From the NCBI GenBank assembly GCA_965279525.1, contig CBDIIB010000004.1, positions 256,001 to 320,000 on the forward strand: a stretch of 64,000 nucleotides of DNA, written 5' to 3'. This DNA is from Tagaea sp. (GTDB lineage: Bacteria; Pseudomonadota; Alphaproteobacteria; CACIAM-22H2). Every line of letters begins with the position of its first letter. Position 1 is the stretch's first letter. Below, in pieces: positions 30,239 through 39,212 of the stretch. The position numbers and the translations under genes were made by a program. The notes below the pieces were generated by a model, which saw nothing but the letters and a program-made list of their open reading frames with translations, ran no database searches and was not told the origin of the DNA.

Positions 30239-31342
30239 TCAGGTCGTACTCTGCCTGTTTTCATGATTGCGCGCGCGTTTCCGGGGAGCCTTCCTCTTGA
30301 ACTTCCGGTTCAGCGAAATGGCGGCATCGCCGAGCCGACGCTTCTCGGCGGTGCGTGTGTATTCCGATGCCATATCATCGCTGAGGTGACCCAGGACAGC
30401 CTTGATCTGGTCGCTCGATCGCCCGGCCTCGGCGAGCGTCGCTCCAACGGTATGGCGCAGGCCGTGGAGTGCAAGGCCAGTCGCTGACGTGCCGAGGCGT
30501 GTGCGCAGCTTCTTCAGGGACGAGTTGATCCCGTCTGGCGTGTACGGCGCATCCTCGTCGTTCACGACGATCGTCGAAGACTTGGCGCTTCGCGGCGTCG
30601 TCTTCAGGATATTGACGAGTTCCCGAGGCATCGCGATATCGACATGCACGCCTGTCTTCTTGGACGTATATGCCAATCGACCGGCCTTCACTGCAGACCA
30701 CTCAACCGAGATCACATCTGCGCGACGCATCCCGGAATAGGCAGCGAGAGCGAGGCCGGCCCGCAGCCCGTAGAGTCCGCGCTGTTCAGCGAGATCAAGT
30801 GCGGCGGCGAGCTCGCTGTCGGTCCACCGGCGGTTCCGTTTCGGCAGATTTGCAGGGCGAGGAATGTCTTCGAGCCCCTCGAAGGGGTTGCCGGCCGTGA
30901 GTTTCCTCGGACCTTTCGAGCCTCGTCGCCACATCGAACGAAAGATATCGAACAGGTAGTTCGTCGTGCGCCATTTGAGACGTGGGGCGAGCGTTGCCTG
31001 CAAACCCTCGATGAAGGCTGAATTGACCTTGACGAGCGGCATCTCGCCAAGCGGCTCGAGGTGCGTGAGCAGCTTTGCGTAGTCCTTGCGTGTCCGCGCC
31101 GCCAGCGACAGGAAGTGCGGTGACAACTTGTACTGGGTGATCAGATGGCGGAGAGAGCCGCCCTTCGGTTCAATCTTCTTTGCCGTGGATGCGTTCTGGT
31201 ACGCAGCCACAAATGCAGGATCCGTCGGCGTAGGCAGGCGGACGCGCTTCAGGCCAGGTGCGCGGAAATAGGCGTATTCGACGAGGGTTCCGTCAGCCGC
31301 TCTCGTTCGAACAATCTGCACATGAGTGACGTTGATCTTCAT
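30239..31342 (-). CDS. Tyrosine recombinase (phage-type integrase)
   Basis: SGMRRAD (R), SKKTG (K), HGLRHT, LGH, EYTR catalytic set. Confidence 0.93.
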   Translation of the reverse strand: MKINVTHVQIVRTRAADGTLVEYAYFRAPGLKRVRLPTPTDPAFVAAYQNASTAKKIEPKGGSLRHLITQYKLSPHFLSLAARTRKDYAKLLTHLEPLGEMPLVKVNSAFIEGLQATLAPRLKWRTTNYLFDIFRSMWRRGSKGPRKLTAGNPFEGLEDIPRPANLPKRNRRWTDSELAAALDLAEQRGLYGLRAGLALAAYSGMRRADVISVEWSAVKAGRLAYTSKKTGVHVDIAMPRELVNILKTTPRSAKSSTIVVNDEDAPYTPDGINSSLKKLRTRLGTSATGLALHGLRHTVGATLAEAGRSSDQIKAVLGHLSDDMASEYTRTAEKRRLGDAAISLNRKFKRKAPRKRARNHENRQSTT

Positions 31343-31578
31343 GCCACTTTGCTCAACCAGTCTTCTGGGTTGCCAGAGTCTATGTCTTTCAGATTCGTGA
31401 TGTAAATGTCGAGTTCCGCTCGATCCCAAAGGACAGCTCCGCCGATCCGGAGAGGGGCAACCGAGAAATTCGAAAGAAAATGGGTCTCGCTGACGCTGCA
31501 ATACGCCGCCGCGACCGGCAGCCGCATCAGGCGGGGCCAGTCGGGAAGGTCGCTCGGCTTCAGCTTCGCATTCGACAT
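31339..31578 (-). CDS. Excisionase/AlpA-like winged-helix protein
   Basis: PRLMR..AAAYCSVS...LWDRAELD; ATGA-coupled to the integrase. Confidence 0.75.
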   Translation of the reverse strand: MSNAKLKPSDLPDWPRLMRLPVAAAYCSVSETHFLSNFSVAPLRIGGAVLWDRAELDIYITNLKDIDSGNPEDWLSKVA

Positions 31579-31669
31579 CCCAACGGTATGTGAGTTTTGT
31601 CGGGAAACGACCACCCTTTCTTGAGGTAAGGCCGAAAATATCGCTTTAAAGATATAGAATGAATGTGAT

Positions 31670-31927
31670 CTAGCGCTTTCGCGGCTTGGGCGAGGTGGGC
31701 GTACCGACGCCAATGGGGCGTTTGCCGCCGCTACCCGCGTCGGCCGGATAGTCCGACGGCTTCAGACGTTCGATCAGCAGCCCGATGTGAACGGGCGGTG
31801 TGCGCGCGTCTTGCTCCCATTTTCGAAAGCCGGACAAGGATACGCCAAGGAGGAGCGCAGCTTGCGCTTGGGTCAGGTTGTGCCTGACCCGCCAATGCTG
31901 AATATCGGCGGCGGTTATCGGCTTCAT
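31670..31927 (-). CDS. XRE-family HTH regulator
   Basis: LTQAQAALLLGVSLSGFRKWEQ. Confidence 0.8.
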   Translation of the reverse strand: MKPITAADIQHWRVRHNLTQAQAALLLGVSLSGFRKWEQDARTPPVHIGLLIERLKPSDYPADAGSGGKRPIGVGTPTSPKPRKR

Positions 31928-31974
31928 TGGTTGACGAGATACACGACCGGGAACCGGTAGCAACAGGATTTTCC

Positions 31975-32004
31975 TTGACAAGTAACCCAATGGGTTACTA
32001 TAGT
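31975..32004 (+). promoter_or_regulatory. Sigma70-type promoter with a perfect palindromic operator in the spacer
   Basis: TTGACA-18 nt-TATAGT; AGTAACCCA-A-TGGGTTACT at 31981-31999. Confidence 0.7.
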
Positions 32005-32036
32005 GATCGCCATCCACCAAGGCAAGGAATTCTCCG

Positions 32037-33428
32037 ATGTCGCTCACCTCCGAACCGGCAATCAATCCGGATTCCGCCATCTGGCGAACGGTACCTCTCG
32101 GTGCACTCGATTCACTTCGGGCGCGGCGGCTCGAGCGGTTTTTGTCGGAAAAGGCAACAGGCCCGCTCGCTATTGAAGCGGATGTCGACCTTTCCAAGTT
32201 GCTTGCAGAGGAACTCTTTGCGCTTGCGGTGCGGGCGCACGACCGCCAGCTCGATGCAGACATCGTCGGAACTTTCCTCGCGCTGTCGGCCCGAAAAGGG
32301 TCGATGTTGGCAAAATTCAAGCTGGCCCAGATTCTTGCCGAGTTGGTCGGCCATAGCGTCGGTGGTTCGCTGACGAATCCTGACGCGGGAAAGGCGCGCA
32401 ATCTCGCCTTCGAAGTCTATCGCGAGCTTCGCACCCGTATTCATCTTGTCGATATCTTCGGGGATCTCGAGAAATATCGGCGCCAGTTCGAAGCGACGGG
32501 TGACGCTGTTTCTGCCGCGATGGCTCTGGAGGAGATGCGCAAGCACGGTGCATCCGCTGGCAAGTGGAAGGTGATCGCACCACGCGCGAAGAGCCTCCGG
32601 CATATCGAGAATGGTGATCAACTTCGTGCGGTTTGCTTGCCGATGCCGCTGTGGACTTCGCCGGTCTCACCGGAGGTGCTAGCCGTTACGTTGGAGCTCG
32701 AGTTTCCGCATCTTCAATCTGCTGCCAGCGCCGTTGCCCAAGTGGTTGCTGGTGGTCGCGCTGCGGCTGATCGGCCATTGCTTCTCGTGGGCCCACCCGG
32801 TGTAGGTAAGGACGCGCTTATCAGGCGCGCTGCCGAGCTCGTTGCGCGTCCGCATGCCGAATTCGACCTTGCCGGGTCAGCGGATAGCCGGCTGTTAAGA
32901 GGCACGGCAAAAGGCTGGAGCACAGCTTCTCCCAGTTTCCCAGTTATGGTTTGCGTCGAGCACAAGTGCGCAAACCCGATCATCCAGTTCAGCGAGCTCG
33001 ATCGGTCTGGTGGAAATCGACGGAATGGACAGGTTGCCGAGACACTTCTGGGCTGGTGCGAGCCGACGACCAAGAAGGCCTGGATGGACGAGGGGTTGGG
33101 ATCGGCCGTCGATCTCAGCGAGGTGGCATTTCTGTTCACGAGCAATGGAACGGGTGACACGCCGGCGGCACTTCTTTCACGCATGCGCGTGCTGACTGTC
33201 GAGATGCCTGGTCCGGATCAGGTGCCTCAACTTCTGGCCCAGGCACTGAGACGTCGTGCTGCGGAGCTTGGTGTCCGTACAGACGATCTCCCTGAGGTCC
33301 AGCCCGAAGCGCTCGCGCGCCTCATGAAGCTGGCAAAAGCCCGGCAACTGAGCCTCCGGCTGTTGGATCGTGTCGCTCGCGCGCTGACCGGTCCGGGAAC
33401 CGGAACGGACGTCAAACTGATCAACTGA
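32037..33428 (+). CDS. Lon-like AAA+ ATPase without protease domain
   Basis: LLLVGPPGVGKD Walker A, LRGTAKGWS, NPIIQFSELDR (Walker B region), VDLSEV.FLFTSN, ALLSRM. Confidence 0.8.
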   Translation: MSLTSEPAINPDSAIWRTVPLGALDSLRARRLERFLSEKATGPLAIEADVDLSKLLAEELFALAVRAHDRQLDADIVGTFLALSARKGSMLAKFKLAQILAELVGHSVGGSLTNPDAGKARNLAFEVYRELRTRIHLVDIFGDLEKYRRQFEATGDAVSAAMALEEMRKHGASAGKWKVIAPRAKSLRHIENGDQLRAVCLPMPLWTSPVSPEVLAVTLELEFPHLQSAASAVAQVVAGGRAAADRPLLLVGPPGVGKDALIRRAAELVARPHAEFDLAGSADSRLLRGTAKGWSTASPSFPVMVCVEHKCANPIIQFSELDRSGGNRRNGQVAETLLGWCEPTTKKAWMDEGLGSAVDLSEVAFLFTSNGTGDTPAALLSRMRVLTVEMPGPDQVPQLLAQALRRRAAELGVRTDDLPEVQPEALARLMKLAKARQLSLRLLDRVARALTGPGTGTDVKLIN

Positions 33429-33440
33429 GGGAATAAGAAG

Positions 33441-33749
33441 ATGCTCGACGACCTTTGGACCAACTTGTTGGCCGCCAGCTTTTGGATGCCCATCCTTGGG
33501 CAGGTTGCTGGCGACGCGTCGGGGCGCCTGGCCGCTGCCGGTCTGCGCGCGGTTGCGGTCGGGATCGTGGCGGCGGCGCCTGCCCGGCGACGGCCAGAGA
33601 AGCGGGGAGTGCGTCGCCTCGTGCATGTCCTCGCCAGTTTTATCTTTCTGGACGAACGCTTACGGCCCAAGCGGTCACGGCGACAGCCGGCAAAGGGGCG
33701 TGTTGCCAAGAAACGCAGCAACACCAAGCGGTTCGCTCAAGGGAAATGA
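33441..33749 (+). CDS. Possible hypothetical protein
   Basis: GAGGG upstream, follows the AAA gene closely; no recognisable domain. Confidence 0.3.
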   Translation: MLDDLWTNLLAASFWMPILGQVAGDASGRLAAAGLRAVAVGIVAAAPARRRPEKRGVRRLVHVLASFIFLDERLRPKRSRRQPAKGRVAKKRSNTKRFAQGK

Positions 33750-33765
33750 AAGGCGCCCATACTCG

Positions 33766-34080
33766 ATAATCTAACAGCTATTTGCCGCCGTTAGGTTATG
33801 CGTTATGAGAAAATCATCATGTAATGCATTGAATGATATATTGAATATCTCATCACATAACATTCTAACATTATAACAGACATGTATGTACGTATAGAGG
33901 ACTTGAATTTGTATTGCACATCTCCCGTCTGATGAGGGATCTGCGAACTCAATTTCGTCCCTCCTACTGTCTCTCTCTTCGCGTTATGTCCGTTAGATTG
34001 TTAGAATCTGGAAAATCAATTTTGTTTCAATTGTTTATGCCTAACGTAGTTCATAACGCTCGTCTTCCGAAGACGTTAGG
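33766..34080. repeat. AT-rich region with clustered inverted TAAC/GTTA repeats (origin-like)
   Basis: About a dozen (C/A)TAAC copies arranged as GTTA triplets facing TAAC clusters across AT-rich spacers. Confidence 0.5.
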
Positions 34081-34292
34081 TCATCGTGGCGCTCGCCTTC
34101 GCTCCAACGCCGCCGTCGGCCGGGAATCTTACTTCGTGCCACGTGGCGATCTTGCAAGGCGTTCGTTAGAGCGTCGCCTCGCGCCGTCCGCCTCCGCGGA
34201 CATTTGGCCTTGTACTGCAGTCGGGTCGTCAAGTGCCTCGCGATCACGCTTACGCTGTTCTGACGACGACCGGCATTGGCAAGCGCCCGCCC

Positions 34293-35234
34293 CTAGGTGT
34301 CGTTTCCAAGAAGGTTGTTCAGCCTGGCGAGCGGCGGGTGTCCGAGGGCTGAGTGGACGCGAGTGGCGTTGTAGGCGTCGATCCAAGGGGCGATGGCGTT
34401 GGCGCGCTGTGCCGAGGATCGGTAGGGCCTGGCATAGGCCCATTCGCGCAAGCTGGTCTGGATGAACCGCTCGGCCTTGCCGTTGGTTCGCGGCGTATAG
34501 GGCCTCGTCCGGACGTGCTTGATCTCGCGCACGGCGCAGGTCTGGGCGAACAGGCCGGAGCGATAGGCGCTGCCGTTGTCGGTCATGACGCGCTCGACGC
34601 GCACGCCCAGGCGGGCGAACCAGCCCAGTGCCCGCTCGAGGAACGCGATGGCGTCTTCCCGCCCGTCGCTGGCGCGCAGCTCCGTGTAGGCCAGCCGCGA
34701 GGCGTCGTCGATCGCGACGTGCAGATGCTCCCAGCCGACGCTGCGCGCCCGATGATGGCCGGCGTACTGGCCCGTCACCCGATGGCCGATCCCGTCGATG
34801 CGCCCGAGCTTCTTGGTATCGATGTGGATCATCTCGCCGGGCCGCTCGCGCTGGTAGCGCACGACCGGTGGCCGCGGCTCCAGCGCCTTGAGCTTGCCCA
34901 GCCCCATCCGGCGCAGGGCCAGGCCGACCGTCGAGCGGGGCAGGTCCAGCATCGCGGCGATCTGCGGACCTGTCCGGCGCTTGCGGCGCAAGGCCTCGAT
35001 CCGGTCGATCAACCGCGCCGGCAGCCCGTGCGGCCGGCGGTGCGGGCGCGAGCTGCGGTCCGACAGGCCCGCTTCGCCCGCCGACCGGTAGCGCCCCAGC
35101 CAGCGATGCGCCGTTCGCGCCGATATCCCGAAGGCCTGGGCCGCCGCGCGCACCGTGGCACCTTCCTTCATGATCCGGCTCACCAAAAGGGATCGACCGC
35201 GCGGCGTAAGCCGCGCATTCTTGTGCACGTTCAT
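34293..35234 (-). CDS. IS481-family transposase
   Basis: MNVHKNARLTP, HIDTKKLG, VAIDDASR, MTDNGSAY, RTNGKAERF; TAG stop lies in the target site. Confidence 0.95.
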   Translation of the reverse strand: MNVHKNARLTPRGRSLLVSRIMKEGATVRAAAQAFGISARTAHRWLGRYRSAGEAGLSDRSSRPHRRPHGLPARLIDRIEALRRKRRTGPQIAAMLDLPRSTVGLALRRMGLGKLKALEPRPPVVRYQRERPGEMIHIDTKKLGRIDGIGHRVTGQYAGHHRARSVGWEHLHVAIDDASRLAYTELRASDGREDAIAFLERALGWFARLGVRVERVMTDNGSAYRSGLFAQTCAVREIKHVRTRPYTPRTNGKAERFIQTSLREWAYARPYRSSAQRANAIAPWIDAYNATRVHSALGHPPLARLNNLLGNDT

Positions 35235-35323
35235 CCGAGGCTTCTCCGGGTTCCGAACTGGTTGGTCTCGCAACCCCAGCTTCTCAACCCTGCCTCGGGT
35301 GAACAACCTTCATAGCTTCGACA
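34298..35323 (-). mobile_element. IS481-family insertion sequence
   Basis: TGT...ACA ends, IRs TGTCG-N7-GAAGGTTGTTCA; flanks CCTAGG/GCTAGG (NCTAGN target). Confidence 0.93.
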
Positions 35324-35374
35324 GCTAGGTCGGTTAGTGAAAAATACTCACCGGATGTCGCTCACGTCGCCACC

Positions 35375-35399
35375 CACATTCTTTCATTGAAAGAATGTG
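35375..35399. repeat. Perfect 12-bp palindrome
   Basis: CACATTCTTTCA-T-TGAAAGAATGTG. Confidence 0.8.
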
Positions 35400-35805
35400 A
35401 ATACGGGTCGAGACCGAGGGCGTAATTTCCAGCGCGAAATTCGTATCGAACGGCCTGGGCACTGCTTCAACGGGGCGGGATTCTAGTTCAATTCATGCAG
35501 CTCTGAGCACATACATTCGAGCATTCATCTGGGTGAAAACTAGGAACACTCTTAGATAGCAATTTCCTTCTTAAATTAGAAAGAATGTGGCCCTTCAACC
35601 CGGAAAAATCGATCGAGGTCGCTCCAAATGGAGAAGGGAGCAGCAGAACGGGCATGAGGAAATGGAAGGTCGTGCCGACGTGAGAGGGGCTCAGGAGGAG
35701 AGATGGCTGTCATAGGCAACCAACCTCACGATTCGCCAAATCGACCCAGGCCCCCCGTATCCCGGCGAATAGCATGTAGGCCCGACAAAGAGTCACCAAT
35801 GGCAA

Positions 35806-36852
35806 TCAATGCGAATGTCGATGGTGGCCGTCCGGCATATGCGGATGCGAATGGCGGAGGGGCGAGTGCTGATGCCAATGGCTGTGCGTGTGCGTCGGAT
35901 CGACCGGCTCGTCATGGGTATGGTGGTGGTGGTCGTCATGGGTGTGACGATGGTCGTGCTGCAGATCCCCGTGCACATGGTCGTGCTCGTGCCGTTCGCT
36001 CAGATGCAGCCAGACACCGATGGCCATAAGCGCTCCCGCTGCGGTCAACTGGACCGATACTATTTCGCCAAGCAAAGGGACCGAAGCGGCGGCGCCGATG
36101 AATGGTGCGACCGAAAAATAGGCACCTGTCCGAGCCGTTCCGAGATGGCGTAGGGCAAGCACGAACAGGACAAGGCTTACGCCATATCCAAGGAACCCGG
36201 TAATAGACCCCAGCAAGACGACCGAGGGCGCCGGCAGGATGCCGCCAGTAAGATGCCCGATAACTAGGTTGGCAGGCCCTGCCACCAGTCCCTTGATCAT
36301 CGCGATCTGCACGGGATCGGATAGTGAGACCTTGCGGGTAAAGTTATTGTCGAGTGCCCAAGCTAGGCAGGCACCAACGATTGCCGCAGGTCCGAGAAGG
36401 TCACCGAACGCAGCTTCCGGCTGCCAGCTAAGGACAATAGCCCCGGCAACGATGCTCAGCATCCCGATTGCGATACGCCGGTCGAAATTCTCTCTGAACA
36501 CGAACCAGGCGAGTAGGGCGGTAAGTACGCCTTCGAGGGTCAAAAGCAGCGAAGCTGTGGCGGCCCCCGTACGGGTCAGGCCGGCCAATAGCAGAACTGG
36601 ACCTGCAACGCCGCCCGAAACCACGGAGGCGGCCAGCCAAGGCAGTTCGCGTCTCGATAGCTTGGCCTCAGCCAACCCACGGAATCCACGACCTGCGAGG
36701 TGAACGAGCAGCAGGCCGAAGCCCGCCCCACTGTATAGAACGCCGGCCAGCGTCCACGCATCAGACGAGCCCAGAAGTATCTTTGCTATAGGCGCCGAGA
36801 TACCGAACAGGACCGCCGAGCCGATTGCCAAGATGGCGCCTGTCGCGATCAT
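35806..36852 (-). CDS. DMT/EamA transporter with His-rich C-terminal tail
   Basis: 10 TM EamA pattern, ALRHLGTARTGAYFS; about 26 His in the last ~66 residues. Confidence 0.88.
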   Translation of the reverse strand: MIATGAILAIGSAVLFGISAPIAKILLGSSDAWTLAGVLYSGAGFGLLLVHLAGRGFRGLAEAKLSRRELPWLAASVVSGGVAGPVLLLAGLTRTGAATASLLLTLEGVLTALLAWFVFRENFDRRIAIGMLSIVAGAIVLSWQPEAAFGDLLGPAAIVGACLAWALDNNFTRKVSLSDPVQIAMIKGLVAGPANLVIGHLTGGILPAPSVVLLGSITGFLGYGVSLVLFVLALRHLGTARTGAYFSVAPFIGAAASVPLLGEIVSVQLTAAGALMAIGVWLHLSERHEHDHVHGDLQHDHRHTHDDHHHHTHDEPVDPTHTHSHWHQHSPLRHSHPHMPDGHHRHSH

Positions 36853-37020
36853 CACATGCTCCGAAAGACATCCGTCGTGCAGGTGGAGAAAGGCTGGTAC
36901 GTGGCGATCGTTATCGTGGCGAGAAGGCGCGGGATTGGCGTCAGGCCACGTTCCGGAACCGTAGTCCATATTCGTTGTCGTGGAGGCCGCATTACGCGTC
37001 CTCCCGCAATGGAGGGTACG

Positions 37021-38175
37021 ATGTCTAACGAAAAACTCAAAAATCCCAATGGCTTGCCGAAGGGCGATGCCGGGAAGGAATCTCAGGCTGCGGCATTCCC
37101 GGCGCCTGTTTTCGCGGGTGCGGACGTCTCTATCCGGAACCTGATCGCCCGGGCGAATGAAGTCGCAAATCGCCTGAAACGGAAAGACGAACCCGCTAAC
37201 GCCTGTAGTGCCGCGACGTTGCAGGCGTACAAAAAGATCGCCATCGCCGTGGCAAAGGGCGGGTTCGGCGCATTCGAAAAGTTCGCGGCAAAGTCGACCT
37301 ATAACAAGGCGTGCGCCGCGATACGCGCCTATGGTCCTGGCCTTCTGAGCAATCTTGCAGATACCGCGCTCAAGCGCCTGAACTCGAAGCAGCCGGTTCC
37401 GAAGGAATTCATCGGGGCGATGGAGAACCTCGTCGATATCCTGAACGCGGTCAACGGGTACGCCTTCGGTGAAGATCGTACGCTGCTCACGGCACGTGAA
37501 CTGAAGCCGCGCAAGTCGAAGCTGAAGGTTCTGCGGGAGCTTCCCGTTGACTGGGCACATCTGGTCCTCGATTACGCGCAAACGATGATGCCGAAGAACG
37601 TGGTGCTTCATCTCACGATCGCCATGGCGATGAACTCCGGTGCGAGGCCGGCAGAATTGGCAAGGGGCATCCTGATCAGCCGATATGGCGTGGAACTCAA
37701 GCTGACGATCGCTGGCGGAGTGAAGGCCCGAGCCGCAGGCGATCGCGGACTTGGCGAGAGGTGGATCAGGTTCAGCGTGGATACTCCATCGCGCAAGCTG
37801 CTCGATGCCGCTCTCGGCGACAAGGACAAGGTGATGCTGCAAGGTATGAAAGCCTTGGACTTCTGCCATGCGATGATCCGCATCGGGCGGCAGTTGTTCC
37901 CGGAACTGAAAGAGACTGTCTCGCCCTATGCGTTCCGCCACCGGTTTGCTTCCGAGATGAAGGCGGCTGGTGCCTCTTGGGCCGATATCGCTACGGCGCT
38001 GGGTCACAGCACCGACAAGTGCAGCAAGACCTATGGCAGGGCTCGCGGCAAGACGGACGGCTCGATGAACCCAACGGCCGTCGGTGCGGCGAAAGAACCC
38101 GCGGCGAAGCGCAAACCTGCAGGACCGACGCAGTCGATGGGTATTTCCATGGACGGCCCAGGCATGGGGGACTGA
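37021..38175 (+). CDS. Atypical tyrosine-recombinase-family protein
   Basis: GGAGGG RBS; SGARPAEL, GVK, SPYAFRH, ALGH, KTYG. Confidence 0.82.
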   Translation: MSNEKLKNPNGLPKGDAGKESQAAAFPAPVFAGADVSIRNLIARANEVANRLKRKDEPANACSAATLQAYKKIAIAVAKGGFGAFEKFAAKSTYNKACAAIRAYGPGLLSNLADTALKRLNSKQPVPKEFIGAMENLVDILNAVNGYAFGEDRTLLTARELKPRKSKLKVLRELPVDWAHLVLDYAQTMMPKNVVLHLTIAMAMNSGARPAELARGILISRYGVELKLTIAGGVKARAAGDRGLGERWIRFSVDTPSRKLLDAALGDKDKVMLQGMKALDFCHAMIRIGRQLFPELKETVSPYAFRHRFASEMKAAGASWADIATALGHSTDKCSKTYGRARGKTDGSMNPTAVGAAKEPAAKRKPAGPTQSMGISMDGPGMGD

Positions 38176-38419
38176 CGCCAGCATCACCATCGATTGTTTC
38201 CTTTCGAACCGGCCAGCCGCTACAGCAACGGCTGGCCGCATTCGTCTAGGACCATCGAGAAGTACGGCTACCGCGTGCGAGTTCAGCGTGCCTTGCGCTC
38301 TGCGACGAGACAATCAGGACAATTCTCCAATTGCGGAGCGACCAGCGCTCCGCATAAATCGTCGGTCATCGTCGATGCTCGCGCTTGGCGAATTTCAATG
38401 ATGACGAATGGAGCCCCGA

Positions 38420-39160
38420 ATGACACTTCGCCTTGGAGTGAACGTCGACCACGTCGCGACGATTCGAAATGCCCGTGGCGGCATCCATCCCGATCCCGTC
38501 GCGGCTGCCCGGATGGCAGTTGCTGCTGGCGCTGATGGAATCACGGCCCATCTGCGTGAAGATCGACGGCATATCCGCGACGACGACATGCGGCGGATCA
38601 AGGCCGAGATACATGCACCACTGAACTTCGAGATGGCTACAACGGACGAGATGCTCACCATCGCGCTTGCCATCAAGCCGCACGCTTGCTGCCTGGTGCC
38701 AGAGAAGCGCACTGAAGTGACCACCGAAGGCGGCCTGAATGTTGCCGACAACGTCGATGAACTTCGACCGTTCATCCGCAAGCTGTCTGATGCCGGCATC
38801 CGGGTATCCCTGTTTATCGATCCGGATCCTCTTCAGGTCGACGCGGCGAAAGCTGTTGGCGCACATATCGTGGAACTGCACACGGGATCCTACGCCCATG
38901 AGACTGGAGCCGGCCGGTCAAGCGAACTCCGGCGCCTGGTCAAATCGGCTGCCTGTGCTGCGGACCTCGGCATCGAATGCCATGCGGGGCACGGCCTCGA
39001 TTTCGACAACGTTGCCGATGTCGCCGCGATACCGCAGCTCGTCGAGCTCAATATCGGCCACTTCCTTGTCGGCGAGGCGGTTTTCGGCGGTCTTCCAGGT
39101 GCCGTCCGCACAATGCGACGCTTGATGGATCTGGCGCGACGTCTCGACAGCCAGCAATGA
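38420..39160 (+). CDS. pdxJ: Pyridoxine 5'-phosphate synthase
   Basis: [48 protein letters not shown]. Confidence 0.96.
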   Translation: MTLRLGVNVDHVATIRNARGGIHPDPVAAARMAVAAGADGITAHLREDRRHIRDDDMRRIKAEIHAPLNFEMATTDEMLTIALAIKPHACCLVPEKRTEVTTEGGLNVADNVDELRPFIRKLSDAGIRVSLFIDPDPLQVDAAKAVGAHIVELHTGSYAHETGAGRSSELRRLVKSAACAADLGIECHAGHGLDFDNVADVAAIPQLVELNIGHFLVGEAVFGGLPGAVRTMRRLMDLARRLDSQQ

Positions 39161-39212
39161 GTGCTGAATTCTTCTTATGTGACGATGCCTTTCCGAACCT
39201 GGCCGCCGACAC

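Noticed and set aside
32037-33428. BREX BrxL or true Lon protease
   Set aside because: No protease domain and no pglX/pglZ/brxC neighbours
35660-35690. GTCGTGCCGACGTG as a Ti-type (MOBQ) oriT
   Set aside because: The adjacent conserved nick-site sequence is missing and no TraA relaxase is in the window
35703-36029. 108-aa ORF with a strong AGGAGG RBS
   Set aside because: Two thirds is antisense to the His-rich tail and it has no recognisable domain; at most a truncated remnant
35806-38313. 835-aa ORF suggesting a large fusion to the His-rich transporter
   Set aside because: The N-terminal ~490 aa is the antisense shadow of the recombinase gene; the real gene starts near 36852
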